Under the pieces are notes generated by a model. It saw nothing but the letters and a program-made list of their open reading frames with translations. It did not search any database and was not told the origin of the DNA. A stretch of 64,000 nucleotides of DNA. Source: Candidatus Daviesbacteria bacterium. Its GTDB lineage: Bacteria; Patescibacteriota; Microgenomatia; Daviesbacterales; UBA10151. Location: positions 2,020 to 66,019 of the forward strand of contig JACPEW010000011.1 in the NCBI GenBank assembly GCA_016183305.1, written 5' to 3'. Shown one piece after another: positions 21,447-29,031 of this stretch; the stretch's first letter is position 1, and each line of letters begins with the position of its first letter. The position numbers and the translations under genes are program-made.

Positions 21447-21843
21447 TAGTAAAAATGGAGTAGTATCAGTGGTTGGTAGAAAAAAAGAAGCGGCAGCCAG
21501 AGTGAGATTAAGTTCTGGTAATGGTCAGATTACTGTTAATGGTAAACCTGTTGCAGAATATTTCCGGGGACCAATGTTGCAAAAAATTTATTCCAGACCT
21601 TTAGAGATTACTAAGACGGCAGGAAAGTATTTGATTTCAATAAAAGTGGTGGGTGGAGGGCAAGTTTCACAGCTTGGAGCAGCTATTCATGGAATAGCAA
21701 GAGCTATAGCTAAGACAGAGCCAGCATTAAGAACTATCTTAAAAAAAGAAGGATATCTGACCCGGGATCCCAGGGCGAAGGAAAGAAGAAAATATGGTAA
21801 TGCCCAAAAAGCCAGAGCAAAAAAACAATCCCCAAAAAGATAA
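21433..21843 (+). CDS. rpsI: 30S ribosomal protein S9
   Basis: Start at MNPNSS with GGAGAGG SD; conserved [10 protein letters not shown] and C-terminal [18 protein letters not shown]. Confidence 0.92.
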   Translation: MNPNSSKNGVVSVVGRKKEAAARVRLSSGNGQITVNGKPVAEYFRGPMLQKIYSRPLEITKTAGKYLISIKVVGGGQVSQLGAAIHGIARAIAKTEPALRTILKKEGYLTRDPRAKERRKYGNAQKARAKKQSPKR

Positions 21844-21844
21844 T

Positions 21845-23242
21845 ATGGATATTCCAGCAAAGATCTTCAAAAGCTATGATATTAGAGGGATTTATCCCAA
21901 TGAGATAAATAAAGAAATTGTTGTTCCGGTAACAAAAGCAATTTATAAATTCTTGTTAAATAAAACTCCAAAGGACCCTCTTTCTGTAGTAGTGGGGCGG
22001 GATATGAGGCTTTCTTCTCCCGCTATATTTGAAGCCCTTACAACTACATTAGTCAATTTAGGCGCACAAGTTATAGATATAGGACTGGTATCTACCCCAA
22101 CATTTTATTTTGCTGTATTTAACGGCAAATATGATAGCGGAATTCAGATAACTGCTTCTCATAATCCTAAAGAATATAATGGTTTAAAAATTGTTAGATA
22201 TTCTCCTCAGGGATTGATCAAGATAGGTAAAGGCACAGGGATGGAGGAGATTAAAAATATAGTTTTAGAAGGAATGAAAATTGACGGTAAGCCTGGCGGG
22301 ACAATAATTAAAAAAGAAGGAGTAATAATTGAAGAGGTAAAAAATGCCCTAAAAATTGCTGGTCACCCCACTATTAAACCATTAAAAATAGTGGCTGATA
22401 CAGCTAATGCTATGGCAGCACTTTATATTGAAGAATTGTTTAAACATATTCCAGGAGAACTTATTAAAATGAATTTTGAGCTGGATGGAACTTTTCCAGC
22501 TCATCCTGCTGATCCATTGGAGCCAGAGAATGTAGCAGATTTGCAAAAAAGAGTGATTGAAGAGAAGGCTGATTTAGGAATAGCTACTGATGGTGATGGA
22601 GATAGGTTATTTTTTATAAATGAAAAAGGGGAAACAGTTCCTGCCTCGCATATTACCGCCTTAATCGCCAGGGATTTACTTAAGAAACATAAAGGCGAAA
22701 AAGTTATAGCGGATATTAGATATATTTTAACTCCAAAAAAGATAGTTGAAGAACTGGGCGGAACTTTTGTGATAACTAAAGTAGGTCATGCTTTTATTAC
22801 AAAAAAATTGCATGAAACTGGAGCAATATTTGCTGGAGAATCTTCAGCGCATTACTTTTTTAGGGAAACAGGTAACGCAGAATCTCAATTACCCATTATC
22901 TTAATTGTTCTAAAAACACTTAGTGAGGAAGAAAAAACTTTATCTCAAGTGATTGCTGAGATAAAAAGAAGTCATGAGTCTGGAGAAACTAATTTTAGAG
23001 TAAAAAATACACCTGAAGTAATTAATGCGGTAAAGCAGGAATTTTCTGATGGGGAAATTTCTGAATTAGATGGAGTGGCAATAACTTATGATGATTGGAG
23101 ATTGTCTTTAAGGTCTTCTAACACAGAACCATTACTCAGATTAAACATTGAAGCAGAAGTAGATGGTATAGTCAAAGAGAAAAAACAAAAAGTTATAGAA
23201 CTAATTAAGAAACATGCAGTTTTTGAAGACTTGCCAAATTAG
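21845..23242 (+). CDS. phosphoglucomutase/phosphomannomutase family protein
   Basis: Alpha-D-phosphohexomutase motifs (TASHNP, GDGDR). Start taken at MDIPAK; the upstream extension of the ORF overlaps rpsI. Confidence 0.85.
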   Translation: MDIPAKIFKSYDIRGIYPNEINKEIVVPVTKAIYKFLLNKTPKDPLSVVVGRDMRLSSPAIFEALTTTLVNLGAQVIDIGLVSTPTFYFAVFNGKYDSGIQITASHNPKEYNGLKIVRYSPQGLIKIGKGTGMEEIKNIVLEGMKIDGKPGGTIIKKEGVIIEEVKNALKIAGHPTIKPLKIVADTANAMAALYIEELFKHIPGELIKMNFELDGTFPAHPADPLEPENVADLQKRVIEEKADLGIATDGDGDRLFFINEKGETVPASHITALIARDLLKKHKGEKVIADIRYILTPKKIVEELGGTFVITKVGHAFITKKLHETGAIFAGESSAHYFFRETGNAESQLPIILIVLKTLSEEEKTLSQVIAEIKRSHESGETNFRVKNTPEVINAVKQEFSDGEISELDGVAITYDDWRLSLRSSNTEPLLRLNIEAEVDGIVKEKKQKVIELIKKHAVFEDLPN

Positions 23243-23264
23243 ATAGTTTATGGTTAAATAAATA

Positions 23265-23395
23265 TACATCAAGAGAACGCGTATCATACAGTACACGTCG
23301 GCAACCGTAAAGTTACGGTGCCAGATCCTAAGAGGAAGATGTGGCCGCGACATATGTCGGACAAACTATTAGCCTCTCTTGATGAGAGGTTTTTG
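23265..23395 (+). promoter_or_regulatory. SAM-I-like riboswitch with terminator/SD-sequestering expression platform
   Basis: Contains GGCAACC, a GTAAagTTAC hairpin and GGTGCCAGATCC, which resemble the SAM-I core. P1 ACATC/GATGT. Terminator CCTCTC-ttgat-GAGAGG+TTTTT ends 2 nt before the metK ATG and contains the SD. Anti-terminator pairing ATCAAGAG/CTCTTGAT. Confidence 0.5.
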
Positions 23396-23396
23396 A

Positions 23397-24512
23397 ATGG
23401 CAAAAAATAACGGTGTAACAACATTTACTTCTGAATCAGTCTGCGCCGGTCATCCGGATAAAATATGTGATGCAATATCTGATGCAATCGTTGATGCAGT
23501 TTTAACGCAAGATAGATTTGGCCATGTAGCCTGTGAGGTCTTGGCAGGATTTAATAGAGTAGTAATTTCCGGAGAAATTACGGCTAATGCTAGAGTAAAT
23601 TACGCGGATGTTGCTAGGCAACAAATAAAGAAATTGGGATATACAGATCCTAACTACAATTTTTCTGATAAATCTCCTGTCGAAGTCCATATTCATGAAC
23701 AATCCCCTGAAATTGGTGTAGGGGTTGATAAAAAAGGGGCAGGTGACCAGGGGATGATGTTTGGATATGCTTGCACAGAAACAACCTGCTTGATGCCGTT
23801 GCCTATTGCCATCGCTCATGCTCTAACCAAAAGAATGGATCAAGCCAGGGAAGAAAAAATAGTAAAATATTTAAGACCAGACGGAAAATCCCAAGTAACA
23901 ATTGAATATAGAGACGGAAAGCCTTATAAAGTAATTCAAGTTGTTATTGCTATTCCACACGAGGAATCTGTTAACTTAAATAAGGTTAAAGATGATATAT
24001 ACGAGTCAGTTGTTATACCTGTTTTAGATGTTTATGGATTTAAAATTAAGAAAGATCAGTTAATTGTCAATGGAACAGGGGTTTGGCATCATGGTGGTCC
24101 TGCTTCTGATTGTGGTTTAACAGGCAGAAAAATAGTGGTTGATGGATATGGTGGTTATGCCAGAGTTGGTGGAGGAGCATTTTCTGGAAAAGACCCAACA
24201 AAAGTAGATAGATCAGGAGCATATGCAGCAAGATTCCTGGCCAAAAATATTGTAGCTGCTAAATTAGCAGACAGGGCAGAAGTGAGACTGGCTTACTTTA
24301 TTGGAGCAAAAAAACCAACCATGCAGGATGTAGAAACCTTTGGGACCAACAAAAAATCTCATAAAGTAATACTTTCCTTCATGGAGAAGATCTTAGATAC
24401 CTCAGTGTCAGGAATATTAAAAGGTTTAGATTTACAAAGACCAATTTATTTACCAACAGCAGCTTATGGTCATTTTGGCAGAGAAGAATTCCCCTGGGAA
24501 AAAATAGTTTAG
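23397..24512 (+). CDS. metK: S-adenosylmethionine synthetase
   Basis: FTSESV..GHPDKICD, GAGDQGMMFGYA motifs. Confidence 0.95.
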   Translation: MAKNNGVTTFTSESVCAGHPDKICDAISDAIVDAVLTQDRFGHVACEVLAGFNRVVISGEITANARVNYADVARQQIKKLGYTDPNYNFSDKSPVEVHIHEQSPEIGVGVDKKGAGDQGMMFGYACTETTCLMPLPIAIAHALTKRMDQAREEKIVKYLRPDGKSQVTIEYRDGKPYKVIQVVIAIPHEESVNLNKVKDDIYESVVIPVLDVYGFKIKKDQLIVNGTGVWHHGGPASDCGLTGRKIVVDGYGGYARVGGGAFSGKDPTKVDRSGAYAARFLAKNIVAAKLADRAEVRLAYFIGAKKPTMQDVETFGTNKKSHKVILSFMEKILDTSVSGILKGLDLQRPIYLPTAAYGHFGREEFPWEKIV

Positions 24513-25297
24513 GAAAACTCCAAAATCATTGGTAAATGATCTGAGATAGGCATATCAGGTACTTGAAACTTCGTTACCTTGATATCAGAAGATACAAAAG
24601 TGTAATCAGCATACTTTTGAAAATTAGGTCCTCCATAAAAAGGGCTTAAATTACTTCTAGTTTTTCTGATATCAAATTCTCTAATTAAATTCCTCATATT
24701 TTTCCCGTAGATTTTAATGCTTTTAGTATCAGGTAATAAATTAAAATCCCCTACTAATAAAATTTTTGCCTCATTTTTTTGATCAATAATTTCTTTAACT
24801 TTCTGAGCTTCTTCTAAACGCTCAGGAGAATCTAGTTTATTGCCAGGCATAGGCCTGCCATGGAAATTAAAAATAACATATTGCTTATTGTTTATTTGAC
24901 AATTTATGAATTGTAAAGGAGTTGGTAAGTTAGAAAAATCTTCCTTTAACTTAGGAAAAGGCTGATCTTGAGAAACAATATAATTTGCTTGATAAGTAAT
25001 TTTTATTGAATTGTTAACCAAGATAGCTGATCCAGTAGTTGAATCAAAATTAATTGGATTTGCTTCATCGTCAAAGCTTTTGATTACAGGAAAATAAAAT
25101 ACTTGGAAATCAGGAAGAATTTGTTTGAACTCTGTTAATAAATTAGCCCTGATATTTCTATATTGTTTTACCTTTGATATAGTATCCTGCATTTCTTGAA
25201 AACAGAAAATATCAGTATTTAAAGATTGTTGTTTAATAAACTCAATAAGAGGTTTAAAGCATTTTCCACCCCAAGTATTAAGCGATATGAGTTTCAT
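24509..25297 (-). CDS. endonuclease/exonuclease/phosphatase (EEP, DNase I-like) family protein
   Basis: Starts MKLISLNTWGG; motifs FCFQEM, VGDFNLLPD, SDHLPMILEFS. The 641-aa ORF in the track is an artefactual read-through from the upstream recombinase/repeat. Confidence 0.75.
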   Translation of the reverse strand: MKLISLNTWGGKCFKPLIEFIKQQSLNTDIFCFQEMQDTISKVKQYRNIRANLLTEFKQILPDFQVFYFPVIKSFDDEANPINFDSTTGSAILVNNSIKITYQANYIVSQDQPFPKLKEDFSNLPTPLQFINCQINNKQYVIFNFHGRPMPGNKLDSPERLEEAQKVKEIIDQKNEAKILLVGDFNLLPDTKSIKIYGKNMRNLIREFDIRKTRSNLSPFYGGPNFQKYADYTFVSSDIKVTKFQVPDMPISDHLPMILEFS

Positions 25298-25332
25298 AAA
25301 TAGTATTCTAAGGATATGGGTGATAAAATACA

Positions 25333-25407
25333 ACGTGGTTACGGGGATTAGGTCACCGGTAGACCGCTCGAATGGGGTTCGAGAAGCAAAGAGTTCAATT
25401 CTCTTAT
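25333..25407 (+). tRNA. tRNA-Pro (anticodon GGG), CCA encoded
   Basis: Manual cloverleaf: acceptor CGGGGAT/ATCCCCG, D-stem GGTC/GACC, anticodon stem CTCGA/TCGAG with loop ATGGGGT (U33, GGG, G37), T-arm AAGAG-TTCAATT-CTCTT, discriminator A, CCA. Confidence 0.85.
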
Positions 25408-25513
25408 CCCCGACCAAGAGAGAAAAAGAGTCCGAAAAGGCGGAGGCGCTCCGTGCGTCGCCGCCCGCACGGAGCGCCGAGAAGCCCTTTTTATATTCTG
25501 CCGAGAGCTGCCG
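25402..25513 (+). repeat. att-like repeat copy 1 (tRNA 3' end CGACCA plus 105-bp segment with 13-bp GC hairpin)
   Basis: Near-identical inverted copy at 26959-27062 (1 mismatch); diverged direct copy at 28624-28729. Contains GGCGCTCCGTGCG-loop-CGCACGGAGCGCC. Confidence 0.8.
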
Positions 25514-26911
25514 ATTAGATAAAAAGAAGTTCGAGCCGACACGTTTTGCGAAGATTGCTAAATCTTCGCAATTATTTTTTGCGCGCGCGATTTTTTGCGC
25601 CTGTAAGGCGCAATTTACGAATTCTCTCATAGGTTCGAGCCAACTCGAACCAGTCTTTTCAACTTTGGCACTCTCTTCCTGTAATTTCAGTTTTGTTTCA
25701 AACAACTCGTTTTTCTTTTGTTTGTAGGTATCGGGGTCGACAACACTATCGAGAAAACTGTCTAAAAGTGTATTTTGTTTTCGGTCTACATCTTGAATTT
25801 CAGTTTTGAGATTTTGGATTGTTGTTTCTGATGATTGTTTTTCGGCTAACTCATCTCGCTCTAAAAATTTCAGCCAATGGTCAGCCCAGCTTTGAGGCAA
25901 TACCACATCAGAAACGACTTTTCTTATTTGATCTCCCATCTCAAAACCGGTGATTGGCGCTTGAGAACACGGACCAAGTTTCTTGGTGCAACGATAATAA
26001 ACGTAAGTACATTTACGATTTGTTGTTTTGTAAAATTTTGTATGCTGTTCGGCGGTGATCGCTGCCCCACATTCACTGCATCTAGCTAATCCCAAAAACG
26101 GAAAGCGGTATGATTTCTTGAAATGCTTAGTTCGCCTTTCCATTTCCTCTTGTACTTTCTGGAATAATTCTTTGGGAATAAAACACTTGTGATTTCCGTC
26201 ATGATACTCGTCGTTGTAAAACATAATACCGATATAAAACTTGTTTGAAAGTATCTGGCGGATTTCGTTGATATGCAGTGGTCTTCCGTTTTTGCGCTTC
26301 AGATCAAACTTGTAAACATATTTCGCAATATCCGTAAAAGTATGATTTCCTTCAGTAAACATTTCAAAAACTTTCTTTATTGCTTTTGACTTTTCTGGAT
26401 CGACGTCTATGCCTCTGGTTTTAGGATTGTTCACATACCCATAAGGGGCTTTTGCCGGTCAAACTCCGTTTCGTAGTTTTTGGCGCAAACCTCGTTTTAC
26501 GTTTTCGGAAAGATTGTCCACATAATATTTCGATTGGCCGAAGGCAATTGAAAGCATAAATTTACCTTGTGGTGTGTTTTCAAACCAAGAAGTTGGAAAT
26601 TTCAGGTCAAGTAGTTTGCCGGTATCGAGAAGATAAATAATTTTTCCGCCATCCATTGAGTTTCTGGCTAAACGATCGGGGTGCCATGCAACAATCCCGT
26701 TTGCGTGTCCCTTCTCGATTTTCTTCAGGACTTCGGCAAACTGCTCTCTTCCTGGCATTTTGGCGGTTTTTGCTTCCTCGACAAATTCGATAATCTCCAA
26801 ATGTTCTCGTTTGGCAAATTCTTTTAACTCGGCTATCTGGGCTTCGATAGATAAAATTTGCTTGTCTGCTTCGTCCCTCGATTTTCTGCAATACGCGATA
26901 TATTTTGTCAT
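25514..26911 (-). pseudogene. large serine recombinase interrupted by an in-frame TGA (26456-26458); 3' end runs into repeat copy 1 without a stop
   Basis: N-terminal catalytic domain (YCRKS..., DRLAR, VDNLSENVKRGL), in-frame TGA, then continuation PAKAPYGYVNN..., recombinase domain and Cys-rich zinc ribbon (CSECG...YYRCTKK), coiled-coil. TGA is used as a stop in rpsJ and rplD of this genome. Confidence 0.7.
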
Positions 26912-26958
26912 TTTGTTTTCTTCCTAAAATTTTTGCGTTTTATTTCCTTCTTTTTTTT

Positions 26959-27131
26959 CCGGCAGCTCTCGGCAGAATATAAAAAGGGCTTCTCGGCGCT
27001 CCGTGCGGGCGGCGACGCACGGAGCGCCTCCACCTTTTCGGACTCTTTTTCTCTCTTGGTCGAGATTTACGAAAAAGTTAGAACAGAATTTCGCAATTGT
27101 TAGCTCGGCCGCCTGCGGCGGCCTCGCTTCC
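26959..27131 (-). repeat. att-like repeat copy 2 (inverted; A-part plus B-part)
   Basis: 26959-27062 is the reverse complement of 25402-25513 including the cgaccaag junction. 27058-27131 is the reverse complement of 28557-28630 (1 mismatch). Confidence 0.8.
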
Positions 27132-27144
27132 TAACGTGTCAGCT

Positions 27145-27295
27145 CGAAAAGGATTTTGAGGCACAAAATCCTCAAAAAAAACGCAAAAATTTTAAAGAAC
27201 TTTTTTAAACTTCAAATGGCCGCCCCAGTTGAACTCAAACCCTTTCGGACTTGTCTGGGACGGCCATTAAAAAGCCGAAAGGGAAGTTTGAGTTC
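27145..27295 (-). ncRNA. candidate structured small RNA (promoter, nested stems/pseudoknot, terminator)
   Basis: Minus-strand TTGTAT-17-TATAGT promoter (27325-27330 / 27302-27307). Transcript predicted with stems AACUCAAAC/GUUUGAGUU, CUUUCGG/CCGAAAG and UGGCCGUCCCAG pairing with CUGGGGCGGCCA. Terminator GGAUUUUG-loop-CAAAAUCC+UUUUCG. Homologous to the region at 28740-28880. Confidence 0.4.
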
Positions 27296-27358
27296 AATTA
27301 CACTATATAAAATTTTCAAAATAAATACAACCATTGACTACTCAAAATTCCGGAAAAA

Positions 27359-27781
27359 ATGTATAATGAAATCAGAACTGTGGAGAAAAATTACTTGAAC
27401 AAGGAAATTTTAATTACTACTGATCCTCAGAAAATTCACTTCATTCTTCGTGCCGCCTACTTAGTAGCAAATCTAATAATAAATCAGGTTTTACGCAGTT
27501 TTACCTTTGCGCTTTCTCTCTTTGGCAAAGTGGAACCGAATATATACATTAATTTCATCATTGGGTTAGTTATAAGTGAGATAAGCTACAGAGTAGCCGT
27601 TAAAATTTACCAAACTAAATTTAACTTACTAAAAAACAAATTAGACAACGAACCTCCAGAAGGTGTTAAAATCATTCGGGGGTATTATGTGTTTCTTATT
27701 AATGCCTCTTTAGCAACGATTTTAAATTTTATTTTTTTCTTAGGCTATTTTATTTTCGTAAAATTAAATAGGGGAATATAA
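27359..27781 (+). CDS. hypothetical small membrane protein (2-3 predicted TM helices); start uncertain
   Basis: ORF in AT-rich cargo. Hydrophobic stretches LRAAYLVANLIINQVL, FIIGLVISEISY, ATILNFIFFLGYFIFV. Stop lies 3 nt before the next gene. Confidence 0.5.
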   Translation: MYNEIRTVEKNYLNKEILITTDPQKIHFILRAAYLVANLIINQVLRSFTFALSLFGKVEPNIYINFIIGLVISEISYRVAVKIYQTKFNLLKNKLDNEPPEGVKIIRGYYVFLINASLATILNFIFFLGYFIFVKLNRGI

Positions 27782-27783
27782 AT

Positions 27784-28509
27784 ATGAAATTAGTTTTTAA
27801 TGTAAATAGTATATTCAGTTATTTAGGCAAAAACAAAAAGGGAAACGCCACGGAACCAAATATCATTAAAGGTTTAGAACAAGTCGTCGGTAGTCTTGAA
27901 GAAATTAAGGATAATAATTTACGAAAAGAGCTAAAAAAGTATATTGAATTTTTTCACCCGGATGTACATGCACATGTATTGCTAGAATTTAACTTCCAAA
28001 ATAAGACATATTACTATTCTCATTTGATTTGGGGTGAGGATTTCTATATTAGCGAGTCTTTCATAGACTGTATTTCTATAAGCGATCAAACTTTTTTGAT
28101 TACAAATTCGTATATGGGTAGACTATTTTTGGAAAACCCTAGAAAAATTGCGGATTATTCATACGATGTACAAGTGTATGTCGAAGCAAAGGAAAACAGT
28201 AATACTATTCCACAAACAGTAGAGACTAAGTTGCAACTGTTTGGAATATATGATCTCGAAAAAGAGAGAAAAAGCGTTGAGGGTAATCTGAATAATTCGG
28301 GTAGTGATCCTTTATCAAAAGTGTCTTCGGCCATCTTTGGTAAAGTTACTAGCGAAACTGATCTTTTGCCTAAAGAGCCTACAATTGTGTTTTATTGGGA
28401 TAAAAACCAGAATAAGAAACTGTTAACTTACCAATTTACATCGAAGAACTTGGAGTATTTTGGGCAAGCCAATATTTTAGGCAATATAATAAAATTGTTT
28501 TCTCAGTAA
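27784..28509 (+). CDS. hypothetical protein (241 aa), no recognisable domain
   Basis: AGGGG SD 9 nt upstream; translationally coupled to the preceding ORF. AT-rich relative to flanks. Confidence 0.6.
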   Translation: MKLVFNVNSIFSYLGKNKKGNATEPNIIKGLEQVVGSLEEIKDNNLRKELKKYIEFFHPDVHAHVLLEFNFQNKTYYYSHLIWGEDFYISESFIDCISISDQTFLITNSYMGRLFLENPRKIADYSYDVQVYVEAKENSNTIPQTVETKLQLFGIYDLEKERKSVEGNLNNSGSDPLSKVSSAIFGKVTSETDLLPKEPTIVFYWDKNQNKKLLTYQFTSKNLEYFGQANILGNIIKLFSQ

Positions 28510-28556
28510 ATAAGCGATTGCTCCGCAATCGCAAAATCGCGCGCGCAAAAAATAAC

Positions 28557-28729
28557 GGAAGCGAGGCCGCCGCAGGCGGCCGAGCTAACAATTGCGAAAT
28601 TCGGTTCTAACTTTTTCGTAAATCTCGACCTGGAGAGACTTTTGGAATTTTGAGCCTGGATTGCTCTTTGCGGGAGGGGGCGCGCAGAGCTCTGAAAAGC
28701 CCTTTTTGTACGAGACTGCAAGTTGCCGG
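28557..28729 (+). repeat. att-like repeat copy 3 (B-part plus diverged A-part; putative attR)
   Basis: 28557-28630 is near-identical to the reverse complement of 27058-27131. From cgacc onward it is a diverged homolog of 25407-25513. Confidence 0.75.
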
Positions 28730-28739
28730 AGTGAAAAAG

Positions 28740-28880
28740 AGCAAAAAACGGAAGGTCGCGAAAATTTTTTAAAGAACTTTTTTTCAATAGTTTTAAACTT
28801 AAAAGGCGCAACCGGGGAACTCAACTTCAAATCGCTTCTAATTGTCCGGTTGCGCCATTTAAAAGAGCAATCCCATCCAA
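28740..28880 (-). terminator. terminator/3'UTR structure of LemA-TPM operon; homolog of sRNA-like module at 27145-27295
   Basis: 11-bp perfect stem GGCGCAACCGG/CCGGTTGCGCC followed on the minus strand by UUUUAAGUUU. Shares ttaaagaactttttt...aaactt...gaactcaa motifs with 27180-27240. Confidence 0.45.
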
Positions 28881-28901
28881 AGTAATAAATTAGATAAGAG
28901 A

Positions 28902-28979
28902 TTAGGGTATTCTTTCTTGTCCGTAGGATAATGCACCAATCAATCCTAAAATAACAACAATTATTAATACAATCTTCAT
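28902..28979 (-). CDS. small hydrophobic peptide (25 aa) MKIVLIIVVILGLIGALSYGQERIP
   Basis: AGAGGT SD 8 nt upstream; lies downstream of the TPM gene in the same orientation. Confidence 0.3.
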   Translation of the reverse strand: MKIVLIIVVILGLIGALSYGQERIP

Positions 28980-29031
28980 ATTTTTTACCTCTAGTTGCAG
29001 CACATGATGTTTAGGAAAATCTTGTCAATGG

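Noticed and set aside
25287-25727. 146-aa plus-strand ORF
   Set aside because: It lies antisense within the recombinase/repeat region and overlaps the tRNA-Pro. It is GC-repeat driven with no SD.
24509-26434. 641-aa minus-strand ORF in the track
   Set aside because: It is a chimeric read-through: the serine-recombinase C-terminal half, then repeat copy 1 and the tRNA-Pro antisense region, then the EEP gene frame. The EEP gene has its own Met start (25297), and the recombinase belongs with the upstream in-frame ORF.
26858-27103. 81-aa plus-strand ORF (RQLSAEYKKGFSALRAGGDARSAS...)
   Set aside because: It is a translation of att-like repeat copy 2. The same peptide appears in the minus-strand ORF 28585-28830 and inside the 641-aa fusion ORF, so it is a repeat artefact and not a gene.
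27156-27398. 80-aa ORF overlapping the structured RNA module
   Set aside because: It spans the hairpin/pseudoknot-rich region and promoter elements. There is no SD and the composition is typical of non-coding structure.
25395-28730. Possibility that the three repeat copies form a CRISPR array
   Set aside because: There are only three copies, about 105-170 bp long, in mixed orientation and with irregular multi-kb spacing. This has no CRISPR-like periodicity. No cas genes are present.
28585-28885. ORFs 28585-28830 (-) and 28661-28885 (+)
   Set aside because: Both translate repeat copy 3 and the terminator structure.
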